Below are positions 9,764 through 20,767 of a stretch of DNA of 64,000 nt, in pieces. The stretch is from assembly GCA_040755995.1 (NCBI GenBank), contig JBFMAF010000026.1:108889-172888 (forward strand), given 5' to 3'. The position numbers and the translations under genes are program-made. Origin of the DNA: Acidobacteriota bacterium (GTDB taxonomy: Bacteria > Acidobacteriota > CAIWXX01). The stretch's first letter is position 1, and each line of letters begins with the position of its first letter. Below the pieces are notes generated by a model. That model was not told the origin of the DNA. It saw only the letters and a program-made list of their open reading frames with translations, and searched no databases.

Positions 9764-12547
9764 ATGAAGCAGTACTGGTACAAACTGACGACATCTGACG
9801 CCCTCGCGCGGCTGGGCGTCGGCGCGGCGCAGGGGTTAACTGGGGCCGAGGCGGCCGAGCGACTGACCCGCTACGGCCCCAACGAGCTGGTCGAAAGAGG
9901 CGGGCGGAGTCGCAAGGACATCATTGTCGAGCAGCTCACGGGCGTCTTGACGATTCTCCTGTTCGTCGCCGCCCTCGTCTCGGCGATGCTCGGCGACTGG
10001 ATCGAGATGGTCGTCATCCTGCTCATCGTGATTCTCAACGCCGTTCTCGGTTACACGCAGGAGTACAAGGCCGAGCAGTCCATGGCCGCTCTGAAGCGGA
10101 TGACCGTGCCGAAGGTGCGAGTCCGGCGCGATGAAAAGGTTCAGGAGATCTCGGCGCGCGACCTGGTTCCTGGTGACCTGGTGCTTGTCGAAAGCGGCAA
10201 CATCGTGCCGGCCGACGGTCGCGTCATCCAGAGCGCGAACCTGCGTGTCGAGGAGGCTGCGCTGACGGGCGAGTCGGAGCCGGTGGAGAAGCACGCCGAG
10301 CTGGTCTTCGAGACCGATCGCGCGCTCGGTGACCGCCGCAACATGGTCTACAGCGGCACCATCGTCAACTATGGACGCGGCGAGTTCGCGGTCACCGAAA
10401 CCGGCATGCACACCGAGCTCGGCCACATCGCCAATATGATCCAGGCGGTCCAACAGGAACAGACGCCGCTGCAACAGCGTCTGGATCGGGTGGGCAAGAT
10501 GCTGGCCTACGCCGCGCTGGTTCTGGTGGTGGTCGTGTTCGTCGAGGGGCTCATCCAGGGGCACAGCAAGATCGAGGATCTGCTGCTGACGTCCGTCAGC
10601 CTTGCGGTGGCGGCGGTGCCCGAGGCTCTGACGGCGGTCGTGACGATCGCGTTGTCTTTGGGCGCTCAGCGCATGCTGAAGCGGCGGGCGCTGATCCGCA
10701 AGCTCCCGGCCGTCGAGACGCTCGGCTCAGTCTCTGTGATCTGCTCGGACAAGACCGGCACGCTCACCTTGAACCGGATGACGGTCACTGCGGTCGACAT
10801 CGCCAACCACTCGTTCGAGCTGACACGATCGAGCGAGGCGGAGCGCGCCGAGTTGGTGCCCGTCGGCAAGGCCGGCACTCCCGGGGCTCAACCGACCCTC
10901 GACCTGCTTCTCTGCGCCGGCGCGCTTTGCAACGACGCCGTCCTCTCCTCAGACGGCAGGCAGTCGGGGCACCACCACGCAATCGGAGATCCTACCGAAG
11001 GAGCGCTGGTCATCGCGGCGGCTTACGCGGGCATCATCAAGAACGACCTGGACGTCGCGTTCCCGCGCGTCTCCGAAGTGCCATTCGACTCGGTCCGCAG
11101 GCGGATGACCACCGTTCACCGCATCCCTGCCAGCGGGGAGAGTCTGCCGCCCGGCCTGAAACCGATCTGGGAACGACGCGCGATACGTGGCACGCCGCCG
11201 CCGTTCATGGCTTTCACCAAGGGGGCGATCGACGGGCTCCTCACCATCTCCACCCACGTCTGGGTGGAAGGAGAGGCGCTGCCGCTGGACGAGGCATGGC
11301 GAACGCGGGTCAAGACCGCACATGACCAGATGGCCGCAAAGGGGATGAGGGTCCTGGGCGTGGGAGTCCGAGGGTGGGACCGCCAGCCGGATGACACGAC
11401 GGAGAAGTCGCTGGAGCGTGATCTGACGCTGGTTGGCCTCTTCGGCATGATGGATCCGCCGCGGCCGGAGGTCCGGGATGCGGTGCGTGCATGCCGGAGC
11501 GCCGGGATACGGCCGGCCATGATCACAGGCGATCATCCGCTGACCGCCAGGCATATCGCCCAGCAGATCGGCATCGCCGAGAACGACCGCTTCCTCACGG
11601 GGCAGGAGCTTGACCGCATGTCCGCTGAGGAGCTGGTCGAGGCGACCAGGGACGTCTCGATCTTCGCTCGAGTCTCGCCCGAGCACAAGCTGAAGCTCAT
11701 CGACGCCTACCAGCGCCAGAGCCACATCGTAGCAATGACCGGCGACGGCGTAAACGATGCGCCGGCGCTCAAGAAATCGGACATCGGCGTCGCAATGGGA
11801 ATCACCGGAACCGACGTAGCAAAGGGCGCTTCCGACATGGTGCTGCTGGATGACAACTTCGCGACGATCGTGGCCGCGGTCGAGGAAGGCCGGGTCATCT
11901 ACGACAACATCCGGCGCTTCATCAAGTACCTGCTGACGTGCAACACGAGCGAGATCGCGGTCATGCTCGTCGGGCCGCTGCTCGGCATGCCGCTCCCGCT
12001 GCTGCCGCTCCAGATCCTGTGGATGAATCTGGTCACAGACGGCCTCCCGGCCCTCGCTCTTGGTGTCGAGCCCGCAGAGAAGAACGTGATGAAACGCCCG
12101 CCGTACTCGGCCACCGAAAGCGTGTTCGGGAGAGGCATGGGACCTTTCATAATCGCCATCGGGATCGTGATGGGGATCATGTCGATCGGCGCCGCATTCG
12201 GGCTCTGGCGCGCCGGCGATCCGAGGTGGCAGACAGTGCTCTTCACCACCCTGGTTCTGACGCAACTGGCCGTCGCACTCGCCGTTCGCTCGGAAGAGAA
12301 CTCGCTCTTCCGAATCGGGATCCTCTCGAACCCGCACATGCTGTTTGCGATCGTGACAACCGTCGCGGCCCAGCTGGCTGTCGTCTACATGCCGATCGGG
12401 CAGCGCATCTTCCGCACCGCGTCCATGACCGCAGCCGAGATCGCTCTCAGCTTCGGCCTCGCCGTATTGGCATTCATCGTCGTCGAGGCCTGGAAGGTGG
12501 CGGCGCGGCGGCGATACGCTTCAAGTCCGGGGAACGAGAGCCGTTGA
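9764..12547 (+). CDS. Cation-translocating P-type ATPase (P2A, Ca2+-type)
   Basis: [28 protein letters not shown]. Confidence 0.95.
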   Translation: MKQYWYKLTTSDALARLGVGAAQGLTGAEAAERLTRYGPNELVERGGRSRKDIIVEQLTGVLTILLFVAALVSAMLGDWIEMVVILLIVILNAVLGYTQEYKAEQSMAALKRMTVPKVRVRRDEKVQEISARDLVPGDLVLVESGNIVPADGRVIQSANLRVEEAALTGESEPVEKHAELVFETDRALGDRRNMVYSGTIVNYGRGEFAVTETGMHTELGHIANMIQAVQQEQTPLQQRLDRVGKMLAYAALVLVVVVFVEGLIQGHSKIEDLLLTSVSLAVAAVPEALTAVVTIALSLGAQRMLKRRALIRKLPAVETLGSVSVICSDKTGTLTLNRMTVTAVDIANHSFELTRSSEAERAELVPVGKAGTPGAQPTLDLLLCAGALCNDAVLSSDGRQSGHHHAIGDPTEGALVIAAAYAGIIKNDLDVAFPRVSEVPFDSVRRRMTTVHRIPASGESLPPGLKPIWERRAIRGTPPPFMAFTKGAIDGLLTISTHVWVEGEALPLDEAWRTRVKTAHDQMAAKGMRVLGVGVRGWDRQPDDTTEKSLERDLTLVGLFGMMDPPRPEVRDAVRACRSAGIRPAMITGDHPLTARHIAQQIGIAENDRFLTGQELDRMSAEELVEATRDVSIFARVSPEHKLKLIDAYQRQSHIVAMTGDGVNDAPALKKSDIGVAMGITGTDVAKGASDMVLLDDNFATIVAAVEEGRVIYDNIRRFIKYLLTCNTSEIAVMLVGPLLGMPLPLLPLQILWMNLVTDGLPALALGVEPAEKNVMKRPPYSATESVFGRGMGPFIIAIGIVMGIMSIGAAFGLWRAGDPRWQTVLFTTLVLTQLAVALAVRSEENSLFRIGILSNPHMLFAIVTTVAAQLAVVYMPIGQRIFRTASMTAAEIALSFGLAVLAFIVVEAWKVAARRRYASSPGNESR

Positions 12548-12782
12548 GCAGTCGCCGGCTGGGCCTGTAGTCAGCGTCTGTCGGCGCCGTGGGCGCTGCG
12601 GCGCTTTGTGCGGCGGGCGCTTGCTGCTGGCGCCGAGAGACCAGACGAACAGCGTCGCGGGCCATGAGAGGCAGCGAAGGGGCTCAGGCGCCCATGACGC
12701 AGTGAGCGGTTGGGGTGTGTTGACGGGTCGTTCCAATCGGGCCAGCTTGCTCACAAGAGAATCTCTCACCCGTCGCACCATG

Positions 12783-15700
12783 TCATCGCTGGCGTTGAGC
12801 GAGGCGATTCTGCTTCCCATACAGGTTCCTCAGAAGCGGATTGAGCTTGAAAGCGCTGTCGAAGGCTTGCTGCGACTGCTCATAAGCCACCTTGGCCTCG
12901 GCGCCGGCACCGCGGCTTTTCAGCAAGAGCAATGAACCGCGAATCGCTTCCGCTTCTCCAGATGCGGCGTTTATTGCGAGAGAGGCAACGGCCGCATCCA
13001 GGCCATTCGCTATCTCGTTGCCCGCATCGTTGCTCTCTTGGATCTTCCACTCCGCCCATCGGAGGTAGATCTCCGCGAGCAGTCTGGAGTGGGCCGCCTC
13101 CTTCTTCTCTTGTACGGCCTGCTCGACGCGCCGGACCGCCCGGCTGAAGTCTGATTCCGGGGGTCGCCCCAGGGAGACCTTCCACTGCGCCTCCAGGAGA
13201 TCAAGAAGTGCCTCGACACGCAACCCGGAGTTGGAATTGGGGAAGAGACGCTGCCCTTCGTCAAGCACTCTGCGGGCTTCGCCCAGCGGCATCTTGGGGG
13301 AACGGTTGCTGCGAAGATCAAATCGCGCCTGAAGAGCGAGGATCTCCGCAAGCTCCGGCCGGGCTTCCATGTTTTCGCTGCTCTTGGCAAGCCCGCGACG
13401 ATAGCTGTCTGCCGCCTGGGCTATGCGCTTGCCCGGGTCGCGGCCTGTCATGTACGCGTATCGCGCCAATCCGAAGTGCGCGAGTCCTTCAGCGAATTCG
13501 GGCAAGCCGTATGCGGGGACGATTGCCTTGGATAGCCGAGCGACGGCCTGCGTGAACTGCACGCTCGGGTCCTCACCCCTGTCGAGTTTGTAGTTGCCGA
13601 GATCGATCAGGGCGAGGGACTCGTTTCGCAGGTCCTCAGCTTGGCCGGTCTCGCTAACCTGATGAAGCAGCTCGACGGCACGGCTGAGTGAACGAGCCGC
13701 ATCGAGCCCATGCTCCGCCTCGTACCGGCCTTTGACAATGTAGGTCGTGCCCAACCTCGAGGCTATCGCTCTTCCTGCAGGATATCGCTTGTGTGCCTCC
13801 TCCAGCCGATCAACAGCCTCGTGGAGCCACGGCAAAGGATCCTCTCCGCGCCACCATGCAATCAAGCCTCGGCTATACAGCCTCTCTCCAAGGTTCACGT
13901 ATGTAAGCATCCATTCCGGTGCCAGTTCTCGGGCGCGCCGCATATCCTCGATCGCCATTTCCTGGGGCGGGATGGCATCGCGACTGCGCATGAAGGCGAA
14001 CTCGGCGAGCCTGGCGAGCAATGCGGACCGCATTATGTAGTTCGAAGGATCATCCGGCTGCAACGCCACTGCTCGATCCGCTTTCTCCAGCGCCTCCTGG
14101 CACAGACCCTCAGCCGCATCGTCCGGCCAGATGGCGGCAGCCTGCCACGACAGCAGCTCGGACGCGACGCGCAACGAGGTCGCACTCTCAGGGTCCAGGC
14201 CGATTGCGCATGCACACTCACCAGCAGCTTCCCCCATTTCGTGCTGGGACGGACGGGCCTCGCGCAGAACAACCTGTGCTCGCAGCATGAGTGAACGTAT
14301 TCTGCACAAGGTGTCATGAACCACAGGACAACTTCGACCTATGCTAGCCGCATCGTGGCCGGCGGCGAGTGCGACCGCGAACTCTTGAGTGGCTCGTCGA
14401 GCATCGTTTTCATCAAACAGCGCCGTGTACCCTTTCTCGAAGTGAACGGTGGCTTTCAGCAAGGGCGCTTCATACAGCCATCTGGATTTCTTTGCGGCCG
14501 CGTCGGCGAGCGTAATAGCCTCGTCCCAGCGCCGTTCGAACAGGGCGATCTGGCCATTGATGAGCTCGGGAAACGTGAGCGAACCACCGCGGCTGCGCCT
14601 CAGTTCCGCAAGCGCAGGCTCACGCAGTTCCCTTGCGGCACGTTTCTCGTCCATGACGCGCAGTTCCGGGCTTCGGGACATTCTGATTGCTGAAATCTCG
14701 CTCTTGTACAGTTCTCCCAATGCGGTGCCAAGCGCATAGGAGACCTCCGGCGTGTGATAGTCCTCTCGTACGGCCGCCTCGAGATGGCTCCTTGCTGCCC
14801 TGAAATCACCCAAGGCCAGTGCGCCGCGCCCGAGGGCCGCATGGCCGGGACCAGCAGCCAGCCCGCCTATCTCTGCCATGCTCGCTTCGAGCGATTTCAT
14901 GCGGCGGCGAACTTCATTCTTGCCCGGCCGGATGTCGTGCGCGGGGCTCAGATACTCCGCTCTCATCAGCCATTCGACGTCTCGAGCTTCTTCTCCGAAA
15001 TGCCGTGCGATTTCTACATGCCTGGCCGCCCGGATGCGCGAAACAAATACCGCAATTCCGGCGGCCAGTAGCACGGCTGCGAATGCGGCGCCTGCGGCGA
15101 TGCGCAGCCGCCTGCGGCGCCGTCGCGCCGGTTTCTCTTGCACCCATCGAAGCTGGGACACAGCCTCGCGAGCCGTCGGGCGTTCGATCGCACGGAGTGC
15201 GGTAAGCTTGCGGATCAGCAACGCGAGATCCGGATCGATCTCACCGATCGGTCCCGTCCGGCCGGCGCGGACTCGGTCCAAGAGCTCCTCTATGGGCAAA
15301 TCATCCGGATAGGCAGGTTTCCCTGTGAATATCTCCTGTAGGAACAACCCGAACGAAAACATGTCACAGGCCGGAGTTACCGGATCACCTTTGATCTGCT
15401 CGGGGCTCATATACCGCAGAGTGCCGAGCGCCGAACCGGCGCGGGTCAGAGTGGTGCGTGTGCCGAGGCCGGCGGCGGTATTCATGGTCCCATCGCGCTT
15501 CGCCTGTTCATCCCGGCCGAGAGGCTCGGTCGTGCCCTCCGATGTGGCCTGACTTCCCGCCGCCGGAGCTGCGGCGAGCAGAAACGGGCTGCATTCCTGA
15601 GCCCCGTTCACGCGCTTTTCTATGCCGCCGTTCCTGCTCACGCTGCGCGCAATTCCAAAGTCCAGGATCTTGACGGCCCCGCGGTTGGTAACCATGACGT

Positions 15701-16385
15701 TGTCGGGTTTGAGATCCCGGTGCACGACATCGGCCTCATGCGCGGCTGACAGGGCCTCGGCGATCTCAATCGAGATGCGTAGCTTCTGGGCCAACGGGAG
15801 TTGCTGGACAGATTCCCCTCGCAGCGTGCGCCCTTCGACGAATTCCAGCACCAGGTAGTCCGCGTCCGGAGCCTCGATGAGATCGTATGCCTGGCAGATA
15901 CTGGGGTGGTTCAATTTCGACAGAGTGCGTGCCTCTCGCAGGAACCGGGCCTTCGATTCGGCACTCAGACGCCTCTCGGCTCGAATCGTCTTGACGGCGA
16001 CCGTTCGTTGGAGTTTCTCGTCGAACCCGCGGTAGACCTCTCCCATCCCGCCGATCCCGATAAGAGCGTCCAGGCGGATGCTGCCGACCCGCGAACCTTC
16101 CAGGCTCTCTGGCGGCCGGCCATCGGAGCTGAGACGCGCCCCCGTCAATGATACGTCCGGACGCACCGCCATCTCACGCCTCAGCTCTTCGATTCCCCGC
16201 TGTGCAGCCTTCTCTATCGGCGCGCCAGACACGTCGTGGCACGCAAGCAGTTCCTGGACCTCCTTCAGCAGGGACTCGTCGCCAGCGCATTCGCGGCGGA
16301 CGAAGGTCAAACGCTCAGCCGGATCACCAATCTCAGCGGCGTTCTCGAAGATGTCCTTGACCCGCTGCCACTGTTCAGGCGTCAT
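12783..16385 (-). CDS. Hanks-type Ser/Thr kinase with TM segment and TPR region
   Basis: GIGGMGEVY, HRDLKPDN, DFG, YMSPEQ; TM helix; long TPR-like C-terminus. Confidence 0.92.
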   Translation of the reverse strand: MTPEQWQRVKDIFENAAEIGDPAERLTFVRRECAGDESLLKEVQELLACHDVSGAPIEKAAQRGIEELRREMAVRPDVSLTGARLSSDGRPPESLEGSRVGSIRLDALIGIGGMGEVYRGFDEKLQRTVAVKTIRAERRLSAESKARFLREARTLSKLNHPSICQAYDLIEAPDADYLVLEFVEGRTLRGESVQQLPLAQKLRISIEIAEALSAAHEADVVHRDLKPDNVMVTNRGAVKILDFGIARSVSRNGGIEKRVNGAQECSPFLLAAAPAAGSQATSEGTTEPLGRDEQAKRDGTMNTAAGLGTRTTLTRAGSALGTLRYMSPEQIKGDPVTPACDMFSFGLFLQEIFTGKPAYPDDLPIEELLDRVRAGRTGPIGEIDPDLALLIRKLTALRAIERPTAREAVSQLRWVQEKPARRRRRRLRIAAGAAFAAVLLAAGIAVFVSRIRAARHVEIARHFGEEARDVEWLMRAEYLSPAHDIRPGKNEVRRRMKSLEASMAEIGGLAAGPGHAALGRGALALGDFRAARSHLEAAVREDYHTPEVSYALGTALGELYKSEISAIRMSRSPELRVMDEKRAARELREPALAELRRSRGGSLTFPELINGQIALFERRWDEAITLADAAAKKSRWLYEAPLLKATVHFEKGYTALFDENDARRATQEFAVALAAGHDAASIGRSCPVVHDTLCRIRSLMLRAQVVLREARPSQHEMGEAAGECACAIGLDPESATSLRVASELLSWQAAAIWPDDAAEGLCQEALEKADRAVALQPDDPSNYIMRSALLARLAEFAFMRSRDAIPPQEMAIEDMRRARELAPEWMLTYVNLGERLYSRGLIAWWRGEDPLPWLHEAVDRLEEAHKRYPAGRAIASRLGTTYIVKGRYEAEHGLDAARSLSRAVELLHQVSETGQAEDLRNESLALIDLGNYKLDRGEDPSVQFTQAVARLSKAIVPAYGLPEFAEGLAHFGLARYAYMTGRDPGKRIAQAADSYRRGLAKSSENMEARPELAEILALQARFDLRSNRSPKMPLGEARRVLDEGQRLFPNSNSGLRVEALLDLLEAQWKVSLGRPPESDFSRAVRRVEQAVQEKKEAAHSRLLAEIYLRWAEWKIQESNDAGNEIANGLDAAVASLAINAASGEAEAIRGSLLLLKSRGAGAEAKVAYEQSQQAFDSAFKLNPLLRNLYGKQNRLAQRQR

Positions 16386-16570
16386 TGACGTGCCTCTCGC
16401 CGAGCCTCAATACAGGCTCAATTCCCAGAGAGGTCGAGAATTCCCATGATGTGGAGTCCGTCTTCCCGCCGAGTATATCACGCCGCAAAATCGTGCCATA
16501 GGCGGTGGAAGCGTGGCAAGCGTGGTGGCGGCGGTGATCAAACCCAGCAGAGAAGGCTGCCGCGGTTTGA

Positions 16571-17386
16571 TCAGTTCCCGGTTCGAACCACTAGCATCGC
16601 CGTCTGCGCGCGCCTCAGAACGCTCGCAACGGTTCTCACGCTGACAGTTCTACCGGTCGTGCGCCCGGTTGGCGCTCCGGCAATCACGATCTCCACCCGC
16701 CGCTCCTTCGCGAGCGCCGCCACTGCGGCGTCGACTGTGTTCGCAATGACGGTCCGGGCTACGCTGACATCGACCCGACCGGCCATCCGTTCGAGCTCTG
16801 CCGCATGCTCCAGGCCACGCTCCACACTCGCCGGAATCGGCAGGATGTCGAGTATGGCGCCATACGCTCTGGCGAGAGCGATAGCGACCAGGCCGGCCGA
16901 GACGCTCGACGGAAGCCCGTCGGTCATGAGCGCGACCCGCTGCCACTCGAGTTCAGGACGCTCGGGAAGCAGAAGCAGGTTCCGTCGCGACGACCTCAAG
17001 GTCTGAGCTGCGACCGAAGCGAGCAGCGGCCAGCGACGGCGCGCGAGCCTGCCTGCGCCCATCACGACCAGATCGCAATCGTGCCGATCGGCGAAGTCTA
17101 CGATGACCGGAGCAGGATCGCCCCTCTCATCGTAGAAGGCGACATCGACCCCTTCGGCACTCGACACGCCTTCAACCATGCGGCGGGCGCTGGCGCATGG
17201 TTCTTCGAGCAGGCGTCCAACATCTCCTGCACCGAACAGCCTGAGATCGCCCTCGTAGCGCGGCGCCACACACATCGCGAGCAGCTTCGCGCGTTCCGCC
17301 CGCGCCAGCCTGCATGCTTCCCGGAATGCGGTGCGGCTGCCGGCAGATCCGTCCACCGCGGCCAGGATCTTCTTGAACAGCGACAC
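16571..17386 (-). CDS. Universal stress protein, tandem USP domains
   Basis: KKILAAVDGS...DLVVMG...; second USP repeat. Confidence 0.88.
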   Translation of the reverse strand: MSLFKKILAAVDGSAGSRTAFREACRLARAERAKLLAMCVAPRYEGDLRLFGAGDVGRLLEEPCASARRMVEGVSSAEGVDVAFYDERGDPAPVIVDFADRHDCDLVVMGAGRLARRRWPLLASVAAQTLRSSRRNLLLLPERPELEWQRVALMTDGLPSSVSAGLVAIALARAYGAILDILPIPASVERGLEHAAELERMAGRVDVSVARTVIANTVDAAVAALAKERRVEIVIAGAPTGRTTGRTVSVRTVASVLRRAQTAMLVVRTGN

Positions 17387-17517
17387 GGCTAGGGCCTGGG
17401 GGTCCTTTTCGCGAGTGCCGCGCCGGAGGTTTCACCCATGCCGGCATCATAGCGCGGAGACGCCGATCCGGTCCAGGAGCCGGGCACCCGCGCACCCGCC
17501 GTGACTGGGAATCCGGG

Positions 17518-18330
17518 TTAGCGTGTGTAGAGCGACATCGGGGCGACCTTGACGGACACCGTCTTGACCCCACGAACCGCAGCTGCCGTGCTCTCTATCT
17601 CTCCGCCGGCGTCCATCTGCTGGGGCAGCGCCTTCACTCTGACGACGACGTTGCCGTCGTCGGCGGATACCTCGAGGTGCGGGTTCAAGGTCATCAGGGC
17701 GGCCTTCACATCAGCAGCCAGTGAGAGATCGGAGATGGCTTTGAGCGACTGCGGTGTAGTGCGAAACCTGTCGAGCTTGACCGTGTCACAGATCAGTTCG
17801 GCGGCATCGTCCACCGTCAGGTGCCGGATATGCACCACGAGATCGTAGAGGCTGGAATCGTTGGTGTCGATGCCGTAGAGTGAGAGGCTCCATTTCCTGC
17901 GCTGCTCGTCGTCTTTCTCGATGGTGCGGCGTGCCTCAATATAGTCAGTCTTCTCTCGCTCCATCTCCGTGCGGATCCGGTCTTCGAGGTCGGCGATGAT
18001 GCGCACCTTGAGCACGTGCGCAACTCCGGGCACGAAGAAATGCCCGGCCAGCCCATGGTAGACGATGTTGTCCTCTTTCAGGTATCTCAGCAGCGCCGCC
18101 TGAATATACGCGACATAGCTCTCCCTGCCGTACGTGAAGCGATCGAGGATTGACGGAGCGTCGTGGATGGCGCGGACCAGTTTCACCTCCGGAATGTTGA
18201 ACAGCTCTGACGCATCCAGCAGGATGTCGCGCGAGATGCAGTCATAGCCGAGCTTGCCGGCCACCTTTTCGGCAACGTCCTTCCCCCTGCTGTAGGACCC
18301 GCGTGAGATTGTAACGATCGCCATGATCAA
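17518..18330 (-). CDS. Cytidylate kinase-like protein with C-terminal BON domain
   Basis: IVTISRGSYSRG, YHGLAGH, YDLVV; BON-like tail (VSADDGNVVV...GVKTV). Confidence 0.85.
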   Translation of the reverse strand: MIMAIVTISRGSYSRGKDVAEKVAGKLGYDCISRDILLDASELFNIPEVKLVRAIHDAPSILDRFTYGRESYVAYIQAALLRYLKEDNIVYHGLAGHFFVPGVAHVLKVRIIADLEDRIRTEMEREKTDYIEARRTIEKDDEQRRKWSLSLYGIDTNDSSLYDLVVHIRHLTVDDAAELICDTVKLDRFRTTPQSLKAISDLSLAADVKAALMTLNPHLEVSADDGNVVVRVKALPQQMDAGGEIESTAAAVRGVKTVSVKVAPMSLYTR

Positions 18331-18404
18331 GTTCCTCCTGCTACCCGGTAGGTCCCGGCGAGCTGACTGGGCTCAGGCAGGCGCGTAGAAGGGGAGGTCG
18401 TCAC

Positions 18405-19484
18405 CTACCCGAGTCCGACCTCCGCATTGGCATAGTCTTCCTGCGCCGCGCGAGCCGCCCTGCTCGCCTTCCACATGCTTCCGAGAATAATGAGTGCTCC
18501 TACCGCCAGCGCGATGCACATGGTGACGAAGCTGACGATGTCGGCAATGTGGACGGTTCTCTCGGAGAAGCCTGCCAGGCCGAGTTTGCTGAGGTACTTC
18601 GGCATTGCCAGCGCGCGGCTAAGAGCAACGATCAGCATGATCGTCCCCATCACCACCTTGATCACATGCTCCTTGACGATCGTCGTCCCTATGGCGCCGA
18701 GCTGCACCCCGAGAAGCGAGCCGCCCAGGATGATGAGAACCAGACGGATGTCAATCAAGCCGTGCATCGCCCAGTTGATCGAGCCGCCGAATCCCATCAC
18801 GAAGGCCACCACCAGTTCGGTGGCCGACGCGATCAACGGCGAGGCTCCCATCACGTATATCATACCCGGCACGCCGATGAAGCCGCCAACGGCAATCGTC
18901 GCGGCCAGCATCCCAGTTGCAAAGCCGACGGGAAGGATGAACCAGAGCGAGATACGCATGTTGGCTGTCTTGAAGTGCACCATCGGGGGCAGGCGAATCG
19001 CCTGCAGCCGCAACGCCAGCGCCGCGGTGCCCCGATCCAGCCCGGTCTTGAGAGACTTGCGTGCATCGTGAAACACATACCCGCCGACCGTCACAAGCAC
19101 GGCTACAAAAGCACAGCTCACGTACAGGTCGGAGCCGGCCTGCCCCCACCTTTCGAGAACCAACTGCTGCACCTTGATGCCCACCTGCACGCCGATCGCC
19201 GCGAACGCGGCCACCGTCAGGCCCAGCTTGATGTCGACCTGCCCATACTTGTAGCGCTTGATGGCACCGACGAGCGCCTTCGGAAACTTGTGGCACATGT
19301 TGGTGGCCACGGCCACGGCCCCGGGGACTCCGAGGCTCATCATCCCGGGCGTCAACACAAAGGCGCCCCCGGATCCGATGAAACCGCTGACAAGCCCCCC
19401 GATGAAGCCGACGACGAAGAGGAACAGGACGTTGAGCAGGTTCAGGTCAATGAACTGGATCGCATTACTCGCAACTTCGTGCAT
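18405..19484 (-). CDS. TauE/SafE-family (TSUP) permease
   Basis: GFIGSGGAFVLTP and VGGFIGVP repeats; multiple TM helices. Confidence 0.9.
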   Translation of the reverse strand: MHEVASNAIQFIDLNLLNVLFLFVVGFIGGLVSGFIGSGGAFVLTPGMMSLGVPGAVAVATNMCHKFPKALVGAIKRYKYGQVDIKLGLTVAAFAAIGVQVGIKVQQLVLERWGQAGSDLYVSCAFVAVLVTVGGYVFHDARKSLKTGLDRGTAALALRLQAIRLPPMVHFKTANMRISLWFILPVGFATGMLAATIAVGGFIGVPGMIYVMGASPLIASATELVVAFVMGFGGSINWAMHGLIDIRLVLIILGGSLLGVQLGAIGTTIVKEHVIKVVMGTIMLIVALSRALAMPKYLSKLGLAGFSERTVHIADIVSFVTMCIALAVGALIILGSMWKASRAARAAQEDYANAEVGLG

Positions 19485-19590
19485 GATGACTAACTCCTCA
19501 GTCCTTCAGGACCGGCGCATGAAATGTTCACCCCGATTTGGCTTCACTGATACAGGGACGACCCCGCCGAATCATGGGTACTCCGCATGA

Positions 19591-20469
19591 CTACAGTCTG
19601 TGCCACGGATTGATATAAGCGTATGCGCGAGGCCTCTTGGCGGGCCGTTTCCTCACGACCTGCGATTCGCGCTTCTGTTGGAAACCGCTCTTCCTGGCCT
19701 CTATTCCCAACGCGGACCATAGATGGCTGGCAAAGCTCCCGTGTACCGCGGAAAATATGAATGCAGTCGTAATGGGGAACGCCGCATACCAGCCGCCTTT
19801 CGTGAAGTAGGGCATGAGCGAGTCCGCTCCCGCGAACAACACTCCGTAGAGGCCCACAGATCCCAGGCCGAGCGCCACGGTTCTTGCGATCAACGAATTG
19901 CGTGATGACCTCGACTCCTCAACCATTCCCGTTCCTCCTTTCGGATCGTCCCGTAGTCCACCTGCCCGCCTGGTCGAGCGGACCGGTGTTATGCTGTAGA
20001 CGGGAACCGGCACGTGAAATCCGATCTCGTCCTTGTCTTCTTCCGAGCCCGTGATGACCAGCTCGATGCGCTTGTGCGCGCGGAAAGTTCTCTCGATCGC
20101 GCTGCCCAACTCCTCGCTAGCGACTTCGCGCCGGCAGAGTATTCCCCTCGCCGCGGCGCTGCTGCACAGATTTTCCACTCCGACAGCTGGACCGCCAATG
20201 CCCTTGCGATGATCGTGCAACGGTCGATCCGCGTTCCCTCTCACGAGGAGAGCGATGATGCCGTAATTGAGCCTCTCCGCCAGATCGATCGAGTAGTCGG
20301 CCACACAATCCGAAAGGCGGTCCGAGTTGGCGACGACCAGTATCTTCGGCCGCAGCCCACCAGGCAGCTCAGCCACCGGGCTCGCCGGCCGATCACCCGC
20401 GGCTGGTGCCGCCGGGCTGGCTGTTCCATTTCTTCTCGACAACATCAATCGCCTGAGCATGGTGTACAT
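19591..20469 (-). CDS. USP-like domain fused to small two-TM protein
   Basis: KILVV...YSIDLAERL N-part; C-part FTKGGWYAAFPITTAFIFSAVHGSFA; internal RBS/ATG at 19926. Confidence 0.75.
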   Translation of the reverse strand: MYTMLRRLMLSRRNGTASPAAPAAGDRPASPVAELPGGLRPKILVVANSDRLSDCVADYSIDLAERLNYGIIALLVRGNADRPLHDHRKGIGGPAVGVENLCSSAAARGILCRREVASEELGSAIERTFRAHKRIELVITGSEEDKDEIGFHVPVPVYSITPVRSTRRAGGLRDDPKGGTGMVEESRSSRNSLIARTVALGLGSVGLYGVLFAGADSLMPYFTKGGWYAAFPITTAFIFSAVHGSFASHLWSALGIEARKSGFQQKRESQVVRKRPAKRPRAYAYINPWHRL

Positions 20470-20506
20470 CTAACCTCGCCGATCCGTTCCCCTCCGAGCC
20501 TACCTT

Positions 20507-20522
20507 TGCAAACTAGGTGCCA
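20507..20522 (-). promoter_or_regulatory. sigma54 -24/-12 promoter
   Basis: TGGCAC-CTAGT-TTGCA upstream of ATG 20469. Confidence 0.85.
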
Positions 20523-20611
20523 GCACTAACTCCCTTGCGGATCAAGACGTTGCGTCCCCCAGCGGCTGCTGGCGCTGTTGCCATATGCAGCGACGCGAGG
20601 GCGAATGAGGC

Positions 20612-20624
20612 TAATTCCTTGATT
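20612..20624 (-). promoter_or_regulatory. IHF-like site
   Basis: AATCAA-GGAA-TTA matches WATCAANNNNTTR; weaker match at 20540..20552. Confidence 0.55.
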
Positions 20625-20662
20625 TGCAAGGCCTTCGCTGCTATTGCATCGACATTTGCCAG

Positions 20663-20679
20663 CGTTGCATCTCGCAACG
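20663..20679. promoter_or_regulatory. Candidate enhancer (UAS) palindrome
   Basis: CGTTGC-ATCTC-GCAACG; related GTTGC-CATAT-GCAGC at 20577..20591. Confidence 0.5.
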
Positions 20680-20700
20680 TCAGGAATGCGATGACGACGC

Positions 20701-20729
20701 TTGCGTGGCCTTTCGATTTGACCTATAAG
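20701..20729 (+). promoter_or_regulatory. Candidate sigma70 promoter of lon-REC
   Basis: TTGCGT-N17-TATAAG upstream of ATG 20768. Confidence 0.4.
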
Positions 20730-20767
20730 AGGACTATCCCGGAAGGGGACCGCACCGAGGAGCAGAG

